Below are positions 59,512 to 64,000 of a DNA stretch of 64,000 bases, in pieces. Each line of letters opens with the position of its first letter. Within the stretch, counting starts at the first letter, position 1. This DNA comes from an uncultured delta proteobacterium (lineage in GTDB: Bacteria; Desulfobacterota; Binatia; UBA9968): NCBI GenBank assembly GCA_963840855.1, contig CAWJBB010000050.1, positions 123,071 to 187,070 of the forward strand, given 5' to 3'. Position numbers and translations under genes: made by a program. Below the pieces are notes generated by a model. That model had not been told where the DNA came from. It saw only the letters and a program-made list of their open reading frames with translations, and did no database searches.

Positions 59512-62215
59512 TCACGTCTGCGTGAATTTGACCGCGTTATCCTCCCTGCGTGGGAAGGACAATTTAAACTCCGAGTACTGGCCCGGTTCGCTACGCACGT
59601 CGATTCTCCCTCCATGTTGCTGCATAAGACGATAACAGATGCTGAGCCCGAGTCCCATTCCCGCGCCGACATCTTTAGTGGTGAAAAATGGATCGAAGAT
59701 TTTGGGCAAGTTTTCAGGCGGGATCCCTTCGCCGTTGTCCCGTACCGTAATGACGCTCTCGCCGTCTGCCTCGAAGCCGCGCAGCCAGATCGTCGGCCCT
59801 GTGTCGGGAAACGTTTTGCTCTTCAGGGTATCCAAGGCGTTTTGCAACAGATTCACCAGTACCTGGGTTGTCTGGTTCCGATTGGCCCAGATGGTTTGGC
59901 CTTCCGGGATGTCCTTTTCGATCTGGACCTTGTCCCGCCATTCATGGCTCATAAACCGCAGCGCGGAATCGATAACATTCAGAACCGGAACCGTTTCCAG
60001 TTCGGTGACGTCGGCACGCGCGAAGGCGCGCAGGTCTGACACGATATAGTTGATTCGATTGATCCCCCCTTTTATATCTCGCACGACATCGAGGAATTCC
60101 GCTTTCTCCATTTCGGCGAGGGATTCAGCCATGCGCTGCAGGGTAAAAAGGGCCGTTTTGGCGAAGTTCAAAGGGTTGTTGATCTCGTGAATGATTCCGG
60201 CGCTCATTCGGCCCAGCGAAGCCAGCTTCTCCGAATGCACCAACTGAACCTCTGTTTCCTTCAACTGCTCGAGGGTAGCCTCGAGGATTTGGTTTTTGCG
60301 GGCCAGCTCCTGCTGCAAATGATGAGCATCGGCCAGGTTTTTGAGGCGCAGGCTTAACTCCGTTGTGGAAAAAGGCTTGGTGACAAAATCGTTTGCGCCG
60401 GCCGACAGGACTGCGAGCTTGGTTTCCTCATCCGCGCGGGCGGTGAGCATCAGGATTGGTATCGCCGCGGTGGAAGTTCGCTGTCTAAGATCGCGGCAAA
60501 CCTCAAGCCCGTCTTTTTCGGGCATCATCATATCGCACAGGATCACATCCGGCAAAAACTGGCTGGCTTTATCGACGGCTTGTTGCCCATCCCCCGCTTC
60601 GATGACTTGGAAATTGTGGCTAAGCTGCGATTTCAGATACCTCAGCATGTCCGGCTCGTCATCGGCGACAAGAACTCGAGACGGGCCGTTGCTGGTGAAA
60701 AACTCCATCGGCCGAAGCAATTCTCGAAGCGGAGTCATTGGAGGAACAAGCTCCGCATGCCGATAGAGGCTCTTGAGCCAAGTGCCATCAACACCGTCGC
60801 GGCGATCGTTAACGATCCACGAGGCCTGTGCCTTGGCGTGGTTCTCCGCCGTCAACGATATAGGTAAAGTTCTATGTTCTGACTCCCGGTAAGGCAAACG
60901 CACGGTGAATACGCTGCCTCGGCCCACCTGACTGCTCACTCCGACTGTGCCTCCTTGGACCTCCACAAGCTCTTTGACCAACGCCAAACCGATGCCAACC
61001 CCATGATATTTCCTTTGGGAAGAGGTATCCGCTTGCCAAAAGCGGTCGAAGACATACGGCATCTTTTCGTCGCTGATGCCGACGCCCGTGTCGGACACCG
61101 CGAGAACCATCTCCCCGTTTTGCGTCGAAGCTTTCAGTTGCACCACTCCGCCGGCGGGCGTGAATTTGAGCGCGTTGAATAACAGATTGAGTAAGATTTT
61201 CTCCAGCTTGTCGCTGTCGGTAAGCGCCGTACGATAGGCCAGCGTCAACGGTGGTTTCTAGCCGTACACCCCGGTCCTCGGCCGTTTTTCTAATGGCGTT
61301 ACTCAGCCCGCGCAAAAACGGTTCCATTGTGACGGGCTCGCGCTTGACTTCCATCTTGCCGGACTCCAATCGGACCAGGTCCAATAGATCATTGATCAGC
61401 TTCAAAAGCCGCAAGCCATTCCCCTGCATGATCACCAACAGCTCGCGGATTTGGAGATCGAAGCTCGATCCGCGATCTTGTATCAGGCTTTCTAGGGGCG
61501 CTAACATCAGGGTCAGCGGGGTGCGCAGCTCGTGGCTGATGTTGGCGAAAAAGCGGCTTTTGATCTCGTCCAGTTCCACCAATTTCCGGTTCGTTTTTTC
61601 CAATTTCTTCCGGTTTTGGTCCAATTCAAAGCGGAGCGCGAACTCGCGAAAGTGGAGCTGGTCGTAGAGGTGGTTTCCCACCACGACGATAATACCGGTC
61701 AAGACCAGAAAGTAGATGTTGTTGAAAAAGATTCCGGGCGCGCCGTCGAGATCCCAGGGCAAGCAGGCCGCGAGGTAAAGAAGCAGCAGGACGGCGATGG
61801 CGATGAATGACTCGGTTGTACTCCAGTGCACCACGGCGTTTACCGCGAGAAGTATGAGAATCAAACCTGCGTAATAGGGAGATAAGGGCCCTTCGGTTAC
61901 GGCGATCATCCATGCAATGAAAAAAGCCGGTAGGATCGCTATAGGAATTCCCAGAAACCGGTAATAGCGCTGGCCTAAGGGTCGGGTGTGGACAAACCAC
62001 AGGCCGCCGGCCAGTGCCGAACAAAGCAGCCTAAGTTGGAGGAAATAAAACCAGCGGTCCGGATAGACAATGAGATCTAACGTGATTCCCGCCGGCATGA
62101 GAAAAACAACCAGGGCGCAAGCTACTTTTCCGCTTCTGAGACGCTCCTGGCGCTCACGAGCCGAGTAAGCTTCTTCGAAGCCCGCCTGTCCCCATACGGC
62201 TTGGTCAGCGCTCAT
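59512..62215 (-). CDS. Membrane hybrid sensor kinase (PhcS-like: TM-HK-REC-HK), frameshift near 61230
   Basis: About 6 TM segments, [44 protein letters not shown]; ATG overlaps the upstream stop. Confidence 0.88.
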
Positions 62216-63644
62216 CGGATTTTCTGACCTCGATGTAATGATTGACACCGGTCTCGTCGGACCTAATATGAGCGCTTCCCGCAGGCGACTGGTCCGGGAT
62301 TAATGCTTTCAGTTGTTTCACGTTGCGATAATTCAAATGCCATTCCAGAAGATATTCCATGCCGTTCCGTGATGGGTTGGAGGCATCTACGTTGGTCGCC
62401 ACCAGGAGCCCCCCGGGCTCCAACATGGAATAAAAAATGTTCATCAACCGCTTGCAGATGCGGTCGGAGAGATAATCAAAAACCCCAGCGCAGTAGATCA
62501 GGTCATAACGCGGTTGATTTACGCCGGGCTTGGCTTCTTCTTTCAGAACCTGATGGACTGATTTCTTGATCAAATCGATCTTGGTGCTGCGGCCAAATTT
62601 GGATCTTAGATCTACCAGAACTTTGCCGGTGTACTCAAGGGTCTCGTCATTGAAGTCGAGTAAGGTAAAACTAGCATGATCGCTGATCGCGTCCTGCGAT
62701 AAAAACTGCTGGACTTCCCCCGCCGGGCCGCACCCGAGATCGAAGATTCGCATGGGCTGTCCCTGGCTTGCCCGCCGTCGGGTTTCTTCGGCGAGGAGCT
62801 TGGTTAGAAACTGGATGCGGTTACGGTGCGCCGCCGCCGGGGCTTGAGTCAAGAACCATAAATTTACGCTCTTGGCGAAGAGAGAACTCCCCTCGAGCGG
62901 GTCTCGCAAGATCATATTGATCATTTCGTAATCCCCCGCGTAACCTAAAGGTTTGTGATAAGTGCGGTACGCAAAGGGAGAACACAAGATGAGGGGATGG
63001 AGCTGGCGCTTCGCGTAGGTCCGGTGAAACGGCAACAGCTCTGGTGCCACTTGATCCGCCACGTCTTCAAATCTGGCAAAGAGGGAGTTGATGGACGGCA
63101 AGACACTTGGCACCAGCTCGTGAATGACATCCCGTTCAAGCTCCAAACGGTCTCTGGAAGGCGAGGAGCGTATTCCCAACTCCACCTGCTCGAGCCAACG
63201 CCTGAGGTCTACAAAGTAGTTCTGCATATCCGCCAAGACGACCTTGTATTCGGAAAGAATGGAGTAGATCCTTTCCCATTCCTTGAGAAAATCGCTGAAG
63301 TCTGCCCGGAGCTTTTTCGGCTGGGTGATCAGAGCGAAGAGATCCACGTCAAGCCAAGCCTCATCGAGCGTGGCTTCACAAACCACCACGATGCCTGTGT
63401 TAACCAGGTTGCTCACGGTAGCCCGGCCTGAATAGATCAACCGGTCGTTGACGATGATTTTAAATTCTTTCAGGACCTCGGAGAGCTGGAGGATGCTGTA
63501 TGGGTTATAGACCTCAAAGGCCACAACATGGCGCGTGATGTGCAACGGTGTGGCCCGGACTTCGTAGCCCTGGCTGGTACGACCGACGATGATACTGTCT
63601 CTTTCGCCGCTTAGTCGTCCGAGAAGCTTGCTCTCAATTGTCAT
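62205..63644 (-). CDS. Class I SAM methyltransferase, PhcB-like (3-hydroxy fatty acid methyl ester synthase family)
   Basis: RTYHKPLGYAGDYEMI, AAHRNRI, DLGCGPAGE, DLIYCAGVFDYL, MEYLLEWHLNYR; N-terminal extra domain; heads a kinase/regulator operon. Confidence 0.82.
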   Translation of the reverse strand: MTIESKLLGRLSGERDSIIVGRTSQGYEVRATPLHITRHVVAFEVYNPYSILQLSEVLKEFKIIVNDRLIYSGRATVSNLVNTGIVVVCEATLDEAWLDVDLFALITQPKKLRADFSDFLKEWERIYSILSEYKVVLADMQNYFVDLRRWLEQVELGIRSSPSRDRLELERDVIHELVPSVLPSINSLFARFEDVADQVAPELLPFHRTYAKRQLHPLILCSPFAYRTYHKPLGYAGDYEMINMILRDPLEGSSLFAKSVNLWFLTQAPAAAHRNRIQFLTKLLAEETRRRASQGQPMRIFDLGCGPAGEVQQFLSQDAISDHASFTLLDFNDETLEYTGKVLVDLRSKFGRSTKIDLIKKSVHQVLKEEAKPGVNQPRYDLIYCAGVFDYLSDRICKRLMNIFYSMLEPGGLLVATNVDASNPSRNGMEYLLEWHLNYRNVKQLKALIPDQSPAGSAHIRSDETGVNHYIEVRKSDER

Positions 63645-64000
63645 GGAAGCGGGTGGACGCGCGGAGCAAAGATTATGAACCGTCTGCTCGCGCGAATGCT
63701 GATGAAATTAACTTCTAGCCAAGGACAAGGAATCGGATGATATGGGGAAGGTCCCTGACGCTGCCTTACCGAATCCCTTGGCGGGCTCGGTCCGTCTAAT
63801 CTCTTAACTGCGTTAGTCCTAGCTTAAGTTTACGAAACTCCCTCGGAATATGCAACGTGCCGTGATTCAGGCGACCGGCAGCTCCCCCCGGCGGTGTGAT
63901 GAATCAGAGCTATTCAGTCGCGACGGAATCATTTGGGATGCGTGCAGTTCCCGAACCGAGGCCTCTGGCTTGACACTCAAATCACACATGGAGTAAGGCT

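Noticed and set aside
548-63431. Numerous long antisense/alternate-frame ORFs (e.g. 3889-4845, 16592-17722, 31588-32625)
   Set aside because: Shadow ORFs typical of high-GC coding DNA, overlapping well-supported genes
63645-64000. Riboswitch or ncRNA upstream of the phcB-like gene
   Set aside because: No recognisable conserved aptamer or terminator structure by eye

Overview
GC-rich bacterial chromosomal window. The gene content (NMT1/THI5-type substrate-binding protein, amidohydrolase, cupin, TPP enzyme, LLM oxidoreductase) resembles Binatota/'Deltaproteobacteria' MAGs; this taxonomy is an inference. It contains tRNA-Arg(ACG), ftsEX-envC, bioB, pgeF, an aas-like fusion and many catabolic and redox genes. 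Several genes carry indels that look like long-read assembly errors. Highlights: (1) A dispersed inverted repeat family built from tandem GTTCAAN heptamers (plus a 9-nt-period variant) fills many intergenic spaces. One copy is split precisely by a 688-nt group II intron with most of its ORF deleted, whose putative EBS1 and EBS2 (UUGAACU, UUGAACC) are complementary to the heptamer. Three other copies carry a second REP-like element at an equivalent junction. (2) A four-gene operon encodes a GlcG/HbpS protein, a reductive-dehalogenase-like protein, an FeS-less Rdh-like paralog and a ferredoxin-GlcG/HbpS fusion. (3) Divergent from that operon is a GST with an in-frame TGA at the catalytic Cys position followed by a SECIS-like hairpin (candidate selenoprotein). 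(4) An alpha-dioxygenase-like heme peroxidase lies next to a GMC oxidoreductase and a RoxA-like di-heme cytochrome c. (5) A PhcBSR-like methyltransferase/two-component operon sits at the right end.
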